The notes below the pieces were generated by a model that ran no database searches, had not been told where the DNA came from, and worked only from the letters and a program-made list of their open reading frames with translations. Of a stretch of 64,000 nucleotides of DNA, positions 39,504 through 51,105 are shown piece after piece; the stretch's first letter is position 1, and the number at the start of each line of letters is the position of its first letter. Position numbers and translations under genes: made by a program. The DNA comes from Protoeuglena noctilucae (Eukaryota). The DNA lies in assembly GCA_958009085.1 (NCBI GenBank), contig OY253690.1, positions 248,001-312,000 on the forward strand, read 5' to 3'.

Positions 39504-41078
39504 ATGTCGGCAAGGGCTGTGACCGTCGGTGAGGGCGCGCAAGAGGGCTACGCTCCTGCGTTGGACGTGCAGCCTTGCAGCGACATGTGGAGCGTCCCGC
39601 TGGCTCGCGCAGGGTGGGACGACCTGCCCAGGGAGCTGCACCGCGAGGTCCTGCGGCTGGTGCCCCTGCGCGACGCGACGGCGGCGCGGGGGGTGTCGCC
39701 GCAGATGCGCGACCAGGTGGACGAGGTGTGGAGGGCGTGGGGCATCCGGGCCACGGCGGAGGACAGGCAGAACGCCGTTCTAAGGGGATTGTTCCGTGCC
39801 GTTCTCTTGACGGAGCTCGATTTCGGTCCGCTGATGGTCTACGCGTTCCAGGGGTCCCACGCGCACCACCTGGCGAGCCTGGGGCTGTGGTGGCTGGCCC
39901 TGCTGGTGGCGGAGGGGCCGGACTTCAACGGAGTCACGTGGCATGTTGCCGAGTATCGGCTCCCGGACCAGTCACCGCTGATGGTGGCGGTGCGGGCGCG
40001 GCGGCCGGTGGGGCGGGGGGCAGACGGCAAGGTGCAGTGGGCGTACGCGCTGGGGGACGGGGAGGTGGCGCGGGCGGTGCGGGTGGCGGTGGCGACGGGG
40101 GCGGATGTCAATCGGCGACTGGACAGCACGTGGACGCTGATGACGTACTGCGCAATGCGGGGGTGCTCAGAGGCGGTCAAGGCGTGTCTGGCGGCGGGGG
40201 CGGAGGTGGATGCGGGTTGGGGCTGGAAAACGGCGCTGGTGCACGCGGCACGGGGGGGTCACGAGGCGGTGGTGGAGGCGCTGCTAGAGGCGGGGGCGTC
40301 GGCCGCAGTTGGGCGTGATGGCCGGGATGAGACGCTGACCTTGGTGTGCGATGGGCATCCGACGCCGGGCATCGTGCGGCGGCTGGTGGAGGCGGGGGCG
40401 GACGTCAACTCTCGTAATCACAGTGGGACGGCCCTCATGCATGCCGTACGCCGTGGCAACGTGGCCGTGATGGAGGTTCTGGTGGAGCTGGGGGCAAACG
40501 TCGAAGTAATTCACGACCTTGACTGGGCTGACATGCCCCATGCTCTGACAGGGGAGGTGGTACGGTGGCTGGTGGCACGGGGGTTGAGAATCCAATTCGA
40601 CGAAGGCTACGATTCCCCACTGGGTTGGGCTTGCGGACAAGGTCGAGTCGATGCTGTCCGCGCCCTGATTGAGCTGGGTGCGGACGTCAACGGCAAGACC
40701 GATAATGGTTGGGCGCCTCTCCATTTCGCGGTGCGCTCTGAAGAGCATCAGGCTGTGGAGATCACGCAGCTGCTGCTGGGTGCGGGGGCGGACGCCGGCG
40801 CCGCCGATGAAAGCGGCAGGACGCCCCTGCACGATGCCCGCCACGCCGCGTGCGTGGACCTGCTGCTGGACGCCGGGGCAGACCTGGAGGCACGTCTCTG
40901 GGACCACAGGACGCCGATTTACATAGCCGCGATGGACAGGCATGAAGACATGACCGAAGTCGTGCTGCGTATGGCCGACCGCGACGCGGACATGGTCAAC
41001 ACGGGCGGAGAGCCGGGGCTGGTGATGCGCAGGGTGGAGGAGCTGCGGGCCCAGCGCAGCCGTGGCCAGGCCAGCTGA
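39504..41078 (+). CDS. F-box plus ankyrin-repeat protein, copy C (exons 39504-39528 and 39613-41078)
   Basis: MSARAVTVG-WDDLPRELHREVLRLVPLRD, ankyrin repeats, and the same C-terminal NTGGEPGLVMRRVEELRA as copies A and B. Confidence 0.9.
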   Translation: MSARAVTVGEGAQEGYAPALDVQPCSDMWSVPLARAGWDDLPRELHREVLRLVPLRDATAARGVSPQMRDQVDEVWRAWGIRATAEDRQNAVLRGLFRAVLLTELDFGPLMVYAFQGSHAHHLASLGLWWLALLVAEGPDFNGVTWHVAEYRLPDQSPLMVAVRARRPVGRGADGKVQWAYALGDGEVARAVRVAVATGADVNRRLDSTWTLMTYCAMRGCSEAVKACLAAGAEVDAGWGWKTALVHAARGGHEAVVEALLEAGASAAVGRDGRDETLTLVCDGHPTPGIVRRLVEAGADVNSRNHSGTALMHAVRRGNVAVMEVLVELGANVEVIHDLDWADMPHALTGEVVRWLVARGLRIQFDEGYDSPLGWACGQGRVDAVRALIELGADVNGKTDNGWAPLHFAVRSEEHQAVEITQLLLGAGADAGAADESGRTPLHDARHAACVDLLLDAGADLEARLWDHRTPIYIAAMDRHEDMTEVVLRMADRDADMVNTGGEPGLVMRRVEELRAQRSRGQAS

Positions 41079-41759
41079 CCTGGCTGGAAACGGCGGCTGC
41101 GGCTGTGTTGGTGTTGGTGTTGGTGAGTTGACGTGCTGGCTTGCCAGACTGGGCCGCGGTGCAGGTGGCAATGTGGCTGACGTCTTTTACAGGAGCGTGC
41201 TTGAACCGTGTCTCTGTGCGCATGGCGCAGCTGGGGCGTAGCAGTGCGTGATGTCTGGAGTGATTACAGCCCTGTGTCCCGCACTTGCACCATTGACGTG
41301 GTGAGGCGGCGTGCCAGGGAGCAAGGTGGCGTGCCAGTCATGGGCAGGCTCGACGGCGACGACGTGCTGGGCAGAGACCGAGCTGTGGAGCAGTGATGGC
41401 GGAGTGTGGTCTTGGTGGGCTGTGCTGCGGCGTCACACGGCAGGCCGTAAGAGCATCGTCGCTGTGGTCGGGCGGGTGGCAGCGCAGTCCGCACCCTCCT
41501 CGCCCCCTCGGCTGTTGGCGCGCGTTTGACAGTTAAGCGGAGTTGGTTTCAACCCTGCTGCATGCGGGGCGCAGGCGCACACGCGCCTATCAGAGGCTGC
41601 ATGGCCAGCTGCAGCGTGACGGCATAGGCACGCTCGCCGCGCCTCATCGCTCCACGCCCTATGCCACCTCTCCGCTCATCCCAACTTTTTCATAACCGCC
41701 CCACCCCTTCACCACCTCTCCGCTCATCCCCACTCCTTCACCACCACCTCTCCACCCCC

Positions 41760-44700
41760 TCACATGCCGTCACCCCCACCCACCCCAAGCGCCCGCCAGG
41801 GCACCACCCCCCCCACCATCCCATGCAGCGCATGCGCCACGCCAGCCAGCACATCCGCCACCGCCACAGGCTGCCCCGCCACCCCCGCCCCTTCTCCCCA
41901 GAACCCCACTCCAATCGCCTCTCCACCCACCCCCACTGATCTGCCAAAGAACGCCACCCTGCCGTACCGCCCCCAGAGACTAGCAACGGTGGATTCCACG
42001 ATATCTGTGCCTATGAGCAGTTTGCGGGAGAGGTGGCGGTGGTGGGCGGCGGTGGGGGGGAGGTCGGCGGGGCGAGCGCGGGCGCGGCGGCAGGCGGAGC
42101 GGTGGGGGTCCTGGGGGGAGAGTGAGATGGGGTGGAGTGAGTTAGGATGAATATATAGGTATGTAATTGACTGGTGTGTCAATATAAGGCATGGTCACAG
42201 CATGGCATAGTTGATGGAGCGGTGGGGGCCCTGGGGGGGAGAGTGGGGTGGGATTGAATGAGTATATGATAAGATGAAATGATTGAAACATGAATGTAAG
42301 GCATGGTCACAGCATGGCGTGGCATGATGAGGGGTCAAACCGTGACTGCCCTCTCCCCATCCCTGCCACCCTTACCTCCCCCTTCCGTCGCCCCCCAACA
42401 CCACCACCACCCAACACCACCCTCACCTCCCCCTCCCTCACTCCCTGCAGCACGAACGCCCACTCGAACGTCCCCGCCCCCGGATGAACCACCACATCAC
42501 GCCCATCCCCCACTCGCAACCCGACACCCCACGCAGGCTCCACCGCTGCCCTCGCTCTGGCCAATGCCTCTTTGGCAGCTTGGGCGATGACGGGGATGGC
42601 GGCGGGGAGTATGCCGCGGATGGGGGCGGGTGGCGTGGGGGTGGCGTGGGTGGTGGGGCAGGAGAGGGTGAGGGGGGTGGAGCTGCGGGTGGGGTAAGGC
42701 TAGGTGTGTTGGTGAGAGGGTTTTCAACGTGCAGTTGCATGCAAGCAGAACTCTCTCCCTTTTTCATGCCATCTCACTTGCGCCCACGCACCCACCGCCC
42801 CCGTCACCGCTCCTAACAAACACACACCCCGCATCCCACCCCACTCTCCCACTCCCCACCCCACCATCCACACACACCCCACCCCCACCCAAACCCCATC
42901 TCACCTATCCCACCCCGCCACTTGTCCCAACGCAGTCACCCACCCCCTCGCCCCCGCCCCCATCCTCCCCCTCTCTCTCATCTCTTTGCAAGCATCCACC
43001 ACGATCGCCTCAGCCGCCACCCCCGCCACCATGCTGGCCGCGCCGAGGGAATCGGATCCCAGCCAGGATTTGAACATGCGACAGGCGGCGGCGAGGGCGG
43101 GGGAGTGGGCGACGGCGGTGGAGGTGGCGTGGGCGAGGAGGTCGGCTGGGGGGGGAGGGGAAGGGAGAGGTGAGAGTGAGTGATAGATGATAAGGGTGAG
43201 AGAGAGAGAGAGAGAGAGGTGAAGGGGAGGGGAGGTGGCGTGGGCGAGCAGGTCGGCTGGGGGGTAAGAGGGGAGGGGAGAGAGGATTTTAGTTGATGAT
43301 GAGATAATTGGATGGGAAGGTGAGAGTAGGAGAGACAGGTGCGATGAGGGGGTGAGTTTGAGAGAGAGAGGGGAAGCATGACAGCGCAACACAGGACATC
43401 ACTAGCTACGACCCACCCATCTCACCTGCCCCCTTCTCCCCTTCCTCTCCCGCCCCCGGCACCACCTCCACCTCCACCACACACCATACTCAAACAACCA
43501 CCAACACAGTCACCAACACAGTTACGATCACAATCATCACTCACCCGCACTCCGCTCCCCCTCTTCCCCCGCCCCCGGCACCACCTCCACTTCCACCACC
43601 CGCCCCTCCCACGCCACCCGCACGCAGTCGCGGCTCGCCACGGCCTCCCCCTTTGGGATCTCCGGGCCCAGCACAGACGCCACGTGAAGATGCAGGGCGG
43701 CCAGCATGTGGCTGCAAGCGATCGTAAGAAGGGGGGGATGAATGGGGGGTGTTAATGGTGTTATTGATGGGTTGATAATGGTGGCAGTATCAATGCCATC
43801 GACAGTTACTAGTATTGTTGGTATCGATGCCACGTGGAGGTGCAATGCGGCCAGCATGTGGCTGCGACGCGAGGGGAGGGGTTGCTAGTGTCAGTGCTGC
43901 TGTCACTTGACTGTCTATCATTGACGGTATCAATATGTAACTTTACAAACGCACACACATACTCGCACCCCTCACCTCCTCTCCTCCCCATCGCTGGGCA
44001 TCGCGGACCCCGCATCCACGCGCACCGTGACGGGCAGACCATGCACGGCGCGGGGGAGGGGAGTCGAAGCGTCGCGGTTTGCATTTGAATTTGAATGGGG
44101 GAGGAGGAGGGGGTGCTTGCGGGGGGGGTGGAGCTGCGGGGGGGAGTGAGGGGGTGGGAGTGAGGATGAGATGGCAGTGGGGGTGGGGATGGAAGTGAGG
44201 GTTGGAAAAGTGTCTGCCATCCCAACCCTTCCTGATTGCAACCAGCACATACCATTATCCATATCACCAATCGCATATCCCATCCCTAAGCATCTCACCT
44301 GCGTGGCCGCTCTTGTTGCTTTCCCCCCCTCCACCCGGTGCACCCGCATCGGCAGCTCTGGCGTGGCCGCCAGTCTGCCCATCACTGCCTGAAACCGCCC
44401 CACCTCCCGCACCCACCCCACGCCAGTGATGTCGTCAGAGTGAGGGGAGGGGGAGGAGGAGAGGGGGGGGAGGAGAGCTGGGGGGGAGGGAGAGAGGGGT
44501 GGGTGGGGGTGGGAGTGAGTGGGGGGGAGGTGAGGGGGAATGGGGTTGTGCTGCTGTTGCTGTTCACCATTACACATCTATAATGACCAAGTACCATTCA
44601 GTGGTACTTCATCCCACACCACTCAACCCCCCACTCACCCTCCACACCCCCCTCCTCCACCACTGCTCCCATCTTGCTCAATGCGAATGCCACCACATCT

Positions 44701-47068
44701 GCCACCACAGTCGTGTCCCCGTCCCCCTCCCTCCACACCACGGCGTGGAGGATGCCCTCGGGGAAGTGACGCAGCTCGCATCTGAGTAGATGAGAGTGAG
44801 AGAGTGTGAATGAGAGAAAGAGCGAGTGAGAGAGTGAGTGAGTGAGGGTGGTGGTGGTGGTGTTGGTGAGAGTGATGAGAGTGGGGGAAGTGACGCAGCT
44901 CACGTCTGTGGGAGTGAATGGTGACTGTTTACATAGAAATATGCACTAACAAAGCCTCATTATACCCATCAACCCCCCCCCCCCCCCCATTCCCCCCCGC
45001 CCAAATCCTCGCCTGTCCCCCCACATCTCCCGGAACGCCGGCACCTCCTCCTGTTTCATGCACTTGTCCGCCGCCAGAAACGCCCTCTGGGGGTCCACCA
45101 CCACCCCCACGACACGCGGCTCTGGCGCCAAATCTGGCGCCGACTCAGGGGGGGACGCCAACCGTCGCCCCCCGGTCCCTTTCCCCTTCCTCCTTGTTTC
45201 AGGCACATCGTCAATGCCAGTAAACGACTCCGATGGCATCTGCATTGACGCCTGCCCCCCCGGTCCCTTCCTCCTCTTTACCCCCCGCACGCCACCGTCG
45301 CTGTCGTTGCCACCACCACCATAGCTGTCACCACTTGTGTCATCACCCTTGGTTGAATTTTGAATGGTGGGAATGGCTGCTGCTCTCACGGACACGGCGC
45401 GTGGTCCCAGGTGGGCGGCAGCCAGGGACTCGACCTCTGCCTCGATGGAGGGGATGGGACTGGGGAGAGGGGGAGAGGTGGGGTGGGGGTGGGGGTGAGG
45501 GTGAGGGTGTGGCAGTGGGGGTGGCAGTGCGGGTGGGTGTGGCAGTGAGGGTAGGAGTGGGGGTGGCAGTGGCAACCTCACCTGTCGACACGCAACCGCA
45601 CCCCACATTGTACCATACATCCACTACACATTCCCACACATCGCACATCCCCAACACCCCCCACACAAACACCCCCATCTCCATCCTCACCGCCCCTCCG
45701 CCTCGCATGTGACTTGGAACACAAAGTCGAACGCCCCCACCGCCCCCCCCTCACTCCCCGGCCCCCCACCCATCACCGCCCTCTTCACATCTACCCCAGC
45801 ATCCTTCGCACACTCTTTGATGTGCGCTATCGCGTGTTGCGATGCGTGGTGGGTGAGTGACGTGGGAATGCCCTTGGCGATGGCTCTGAGGGCGTCGGAT
45901 GCCAGGGTGAGGGCCCCCGTGGCCACCAGGCCGGAGTCTGTGATTTGGGGGGGGGGAGGTGGGGTGATAGGAGGGGTGGTGGTTGGGGTGGCAGGTGGGT
46001 TGGGATGTGGTCGAAGTAAAGGTGAGGATGAGGGCACACACACCCATTCCCACTCTAACTCCCACTCCCACTCCCACTCCCACTCCCACTCCCACTCTGA
46101 CTGCCACTCACCCCTCTTCGCCAGTCTGACGCACAGGTCCTCCAGGCACCGCCCGTGCACCCCCCCCGCCCCCCACGCCGCCCCGACCCGCCTGGCCCAC
46201 GCCTTGACAAGCACAGCCGCATCGCGGACAGCGGTGGCGGAGGAGAGGGCAACGCTGCGGGACTCGTCTCTCTGAGATGGGATGAGGAGAGGGAGAGGGT
46301 GTTCAAGGGGTCAGGGAGGGGTGGGTGAGGTGAGTCGAGGGATTTGGGAGGGGATGGAGTGGGAGTGGGTGACATGAGATATGGAAGGGGTGTGCCACCC
46401 ACACCGCACCACAAGTGCACACCCAGACACCCACCCCCACCGCCCCCCCTCACCCTCTGCCCATCCCCCACCGCCTCTGCCGAGTCTGCCAGATGCACCA
46501 GCACCGCTGTGTGTGTGCGTCCGTCCACCACACGCACGAGGGGGGAGGGGCGACCGCAGTCGTCCCTGCGTCACATGGTAAGAGAGGGGGATAGTGGGGG
46601 TCCGTGAAGGGGTGGCAAACGGTGGTGTGCATTTGGGGGTAGGGGCGACTGCGGTCGTCCCTGCATCCCATCACATGGCGAGAGAGGGGAGCACTGGGTG
46701 TGAGTGCGTTTGCTTGGTGTACTTCACTGTACCACGTGACATAGCAACACACCACACCACAGCACAACGGCCCTCTCGTCTCCTCACCGGGACACGCGGC
46801 ACGCGGGACCCAGCGCGCGGCCCAGCACCCGCGCCACGCCCTCGAGTCGCTCCGCGCGATCCTTTTCAGATACCGACGACGCTCCCGGAAACACCAGGAC
46901 GTCCCCCGCCGCCCCGGCCAGCGCGGTCCCGGTCACCACGCTGCCTACTGCAGCAGCCGCCCACCCGGGGCCCGCGGAGGCGAGGGCCGCGGTCGCCGCG
47001 CGGCACAGCTCGTGGAGATGACTCCGCTCCGCATCCCCGGCGCGATGACGCTCCACCGCCGCGGCCAT
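41760..47068 (-). CDS. NOL6/Utp22 (Nrap family)-like protein, divergent, multi-exon
   Basis: Degenerate nucleotidyltransferase-like AVGSVVTGT..GDVLVFP; FREMWGDRCELRHFPEGILHAVVW resembles Nrap FWGEKAELRRFKDGSI.ESVVW; ACRMFKSWLGS; C-terminal YGRVAFF..GGEAIGVGF. Confidence 0.7.
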
Positions 47069-47783
47069 CTGCGGGGAGGACGGCCGCAATGCGCTTCGAG
47101 CCCGCCGCTGCGATGCCAAGCGACGCGGCGCGCACGGCGGACGGCCCGTCGTCACCTCGTGGTCGATGCCGACGCGCGGAGGGGCGCGCATCGCGGAAAC
47201 AGCGCTCCTATCGCCGCAGCTTTGCTTGCGTTGGGAGCAGCGGCCTGGACGCGCGGGGATGCCGATGCCAAGCGCCTGCCCTCAATCTCCCCGGCAGTCT
47301 TCGCAATCTGCCGCGTCCGTGCAGCGCGCTGATGGAATCTCCCGGCGGCAAGAGGCTATCTTTAGTCACCGCTAGGTTAGGGCTCTCCCTTCACCGGCAC
47401 GCCGCCCGCGCTCTCTCGTCGCCGGGGCCCCGCGACGGCGCGCAAACTCGAGCGTCGTGATCCGGTCCGCGTTACGAATCCGCTTGACTGCCGAGGACGA
47501 TCACCGCGCGCGTTTCGGGGAGCTTTACCGGAGTGGCACGTGCGAGACGCCTTCCTCCTCCGGGGCTGGCTCAGGCGCCTTCCTTTCGATCCCGCTCCCT
47601 TCGTAGCGTGTCGGAGTCGTCGTGGAGCGAGCGGCGGGCCCCTCGGGCGCCCCAGCGCGCCCCGTCGCCGGCCCCGACGCGGGCGGCACGGGCGGCGTCC
47701 CAAAGATTTCGGTTTATCCCCTGGAGCAGGCTGTCAGCGCGTTCAGCGCGTCCGCGGCGACGCAAGTCGCCGAGCCGCTGGAG

Positions 47784-50700
47784 ATGGAGAAGAACGAGTC
47801 CTCCCGCGCCAGCCGCAACAACATCGAGGCCAGGTGAGGGATCTCCCGGCCGGACCCGGCGAGCCCCCCCAGGCGTTGGCGGGACAGCATGGCACGGCCG
47901 GCGAACCCCGCGGGCGCGTCCAATCCGGGCCCCGCGCCGCGGCCCGGGCCTCCCCCGCGGAGCACACCTTTTTTGAACTCCTCGCTTGCAGCCTGCATGG
48001 GGAGAGCGCCGCGCGGAGGAGGGCCATTCAGGCGAGCAAACAGCTAGGTTTTCACATGGGCGGATGTGGGCGGGCCGGGGCGCGCGCGCGGGGCCCGCGA
48101 GCCGTCCGGTATGACGTGACCGTGTCTCGGTTCGCATTTCGAACCCGTCGCTGTCGCCCTTCCCCCCGCGGACGCGGCGCTGCGCCTCCGGAGGGGCACC
48201 AGCACCGCCTCTCCTCATGGCCCGCCGCGGCGCCCCTGGGTCACCCGCGCGCCCCCGGCCTCGCCCGCGCAGGAGCTTTTATTCTTTGCGAGTGTCGGGG
48301 ACATCCAGCGATGTAAGAAGCTCGTCGAGAGCTGGCGCCTGAACGGTGGGTCGCGCGGGGGCTCGTTGCGCGCGCGGCGCGCGGCGAGGCGGGGGGCGCG
48401 ACGGGCTTTGGGATGCGACAGTGTTGTTTCATCGCTCCGCATTGCTCCGTAACCCCCGCAGTGGCCAACGCGGACTGTTGCGACTACGACTCGCGCACGC
48501 CCCTCCACCTCGCCGCCTCCGAGGTGACCCGCGGCCCCGGCGGCGCATTTATCGTTTCTTATTAGTATATGTAGCCCATCGCTGTGCCGTTTTTGCCGCC
48601 ATCGCGTCGTCTCGAGACGAACAGTTGCTAAATACCACGAAGTATCGACGCGTGATTGCTTCCTCTCCCCCCGCTTCCCCCCAGGGCGCGTGGGTGGTGA
48701 CGCAATGGCTTTTGGAGTCCGGCGCTGCCATCAACGCGTTAGACCGCTTCAACCGCACCCCTCTCGAGGATGCGGTGCGGGGGGAGTTTCTGGAAGTGGC
48801 GCGCCTGCTCATCGACCGTGGTGGGATGATCTTCCAGAGAGGCAAGCTCGTGTCCGTCGCCGACTCGGAGCTCAGCGGGTATTTGAACCTGCAGGCGCTG
48901 GGACTGACGCCTGGCTTCGAGGGGCTGGATTTGGATCCCGAATGGGAGATCGACCCGACCGAGTTAAAAGTGTTGGACAAGCTGGGGCAGGGGGAGTTCG
49001 GGACGGTGTTCAAGGCCAAGTGGAGGGGGTCGTACGTGGCGGTGAAGGCGAGTGGAGGGGGGGGTGGGGGGTGGGGGGGGTATGGGGGGGACTGGTTGGG
49101 GCAGAGCGGTGGTGTCGGTGGTGGGGCTGGAGGCGTTGTGTGTCAGCACTACCTCATGCACTGACTGCCTCTCCCCAGGTCCTCAACTCCAACGCCATTG
49201 CTGTTGGCGCCTTACTCCCACGCTCACTCACTAGCTCACTCACTCACTCACTCACTCCCTCACTCACTCACTCACCCAACACCCCCCCATCTCCCTCCCC
49301 CCCCAGGTCCTCAACTCTTCTGATTCCATCGCTCTCGGTGATTTCCGCACCGAGATCGGCATCCTGCGCCGCGTGCACCACCCCAACGCCGTGCAGATGC
49401 TGGGGGCATGTACCAAGAGCAAGCCCTACATGCTCGTGACCGAGTTCGTGCCGGGGGGGTCGCTCGCGGGGCTGTTCCGCATGGACAGGAGCCCCAGGTG
49501 AGTTATGCAGTTGACAGTTACTGATAGCGGTTGATATTGATGAGTCGATTGATGGTGGTGGTGTTAGTGGGGCTGTTTCGCATGGACAGGAGCCCCAGGT
49601 GGGTGTTACTATTATTACTACCATTATTATTACCATTACTGTCACTTTCATTCATCACCAATTATTCCCCCTCCCCTTCAGCTTGCGTCGCGTGTTGGAG
49701 ATGGCCCTGGACAGTGCACGTCGCATGTCGATTACAATTAGTACCACCATTACCATCACTAATCACTTATATCCCCCCTCCGCTCGCAGTCTCCGCCGTG
49801 TTCTGGAGATGGCCCTGGACATTGCGCGAGGCATGGCGTACCTCCACAGCACCGCCAAGGGCATCATCCACAGGGACCTGAAGCCGAGGTGAGAGTGGTT
49901 TTCAAATACAAAAATTATACTTAATTATTGCAGTATTAATCCATTTAAGCTCCATCTCAACTGTTGCACTGTTGCCCATGTATGCACATCGACCCCACTA
50001 CTACCGCTTCCCTGCAGCAACATCTCTTACAGTGGGTGTGGCTCCTACTGCAACTCCCCCGTGCAATCACAACCACCGACACACTTTCCCACTGGTTGTT
50101 GTCAACATCCCTTTCCCATCCATCGCAGCAACATCCTGGTGGGCGGCTCCTACTACAACTCCCCCATGGAGCTCGTCTTCCACACGGGCATCATCAAAAT
50201 CGGCGACTTCGGCCTCAGCAAGTCGCTGCCCGTGTTCACCAAGCAGGCGCCGGACCTGAAGGTGAGTGGAAGAAGGGAAGGGTTGATGTTGCCACTATCA
50301 ACTCAGCGCTAGCAACACACCGCCCACTAAGCCACCCTCCCACCACCCACTCTCTCACTACCACTGCCACTCGCATGCTATTTACCAGCTCTTGTTACTC
50401 ACTCACTTACCCTTCCCCTCTTAAATTCAAACAGGAGACGTACCACCTGACGGGGGGCACAGGGTCCTACCGGTACATGGCCCCCGAGGTGTTCCGCCAC
50501 GAGCCCTACAACAACAAGGTGGACGTGTATTCCTTTGGCATGATCCTATACCAGCTCATCGAGGGGGTGGTGCCCTACAACGGGACCAAGGTGAATGGCT
50601 GGGGGTGGTGGTGGCGGTGTGAATGCGACGGGGGGCGTCGTTGTGATAAATGCGACGCATCACAATCACAGAACAGCACCACGTAACAGCCACAGTGCAG

Positions 50701-51105
50701 CACGTAACACATACCCTACATCCCCCTCCTCCTCCCCTTCCCCCAGCCCATCCAGGCGGCCTTTGACGCCGCCCAGAGCCACCGGCGCCCCGAGTGGCGG
50801 CTGGTCTTCATGCTGCCAGAAGCGGCCGGTCGCGTCAGGCAGCTGGCGGAGCAGTGCTGGAGTGCGGACCCGCAGCACCGGCCGACGTTCGAGGGGGTGG
50901 CAGACGCGCTGGATGAGATGCTGGGGGGGCTGGTGAGGGTGAACCCAATAGTCACCACAGTCAACCATCGATTTACTTATACATACTCATATATACTATC
51001 TCTTTCTCCTCTCAGCCCCCCGAGGACCCCTCATGGCTCTACGCCCCCCGGCCCGAGTCCATGACCAAGAGGAGGGGAGCATGCGCGGGGTGCACCGCGA
51101 TGTGA
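47784..51105 (+). CDS. Ankyrin-repeat Raf-like protein kinase (plant ILK/VIK type), copy 2, C-terminus CTAM; start codon tentative
   Basis: LHGESAARRRAIQELLFFASVGD (homologous to copy 1), CCDYDSRTPLHLAASEG, WEIDP, GQGEFG, HRDLKP, DFG, TGSYRYMAPEVFRHEPYNNKVDVY. Confidence 0.9.

Noticed and set aside
49498..49789. Echoes as intron gain by tandem duplication of an exonic AGGT site
   Set aside because: That model puts downstream-exon sequence at the intron start and upstream-exon sequence at its end. Here the echoes copy existing junctions with their intronic flank in the opposite arrangement.
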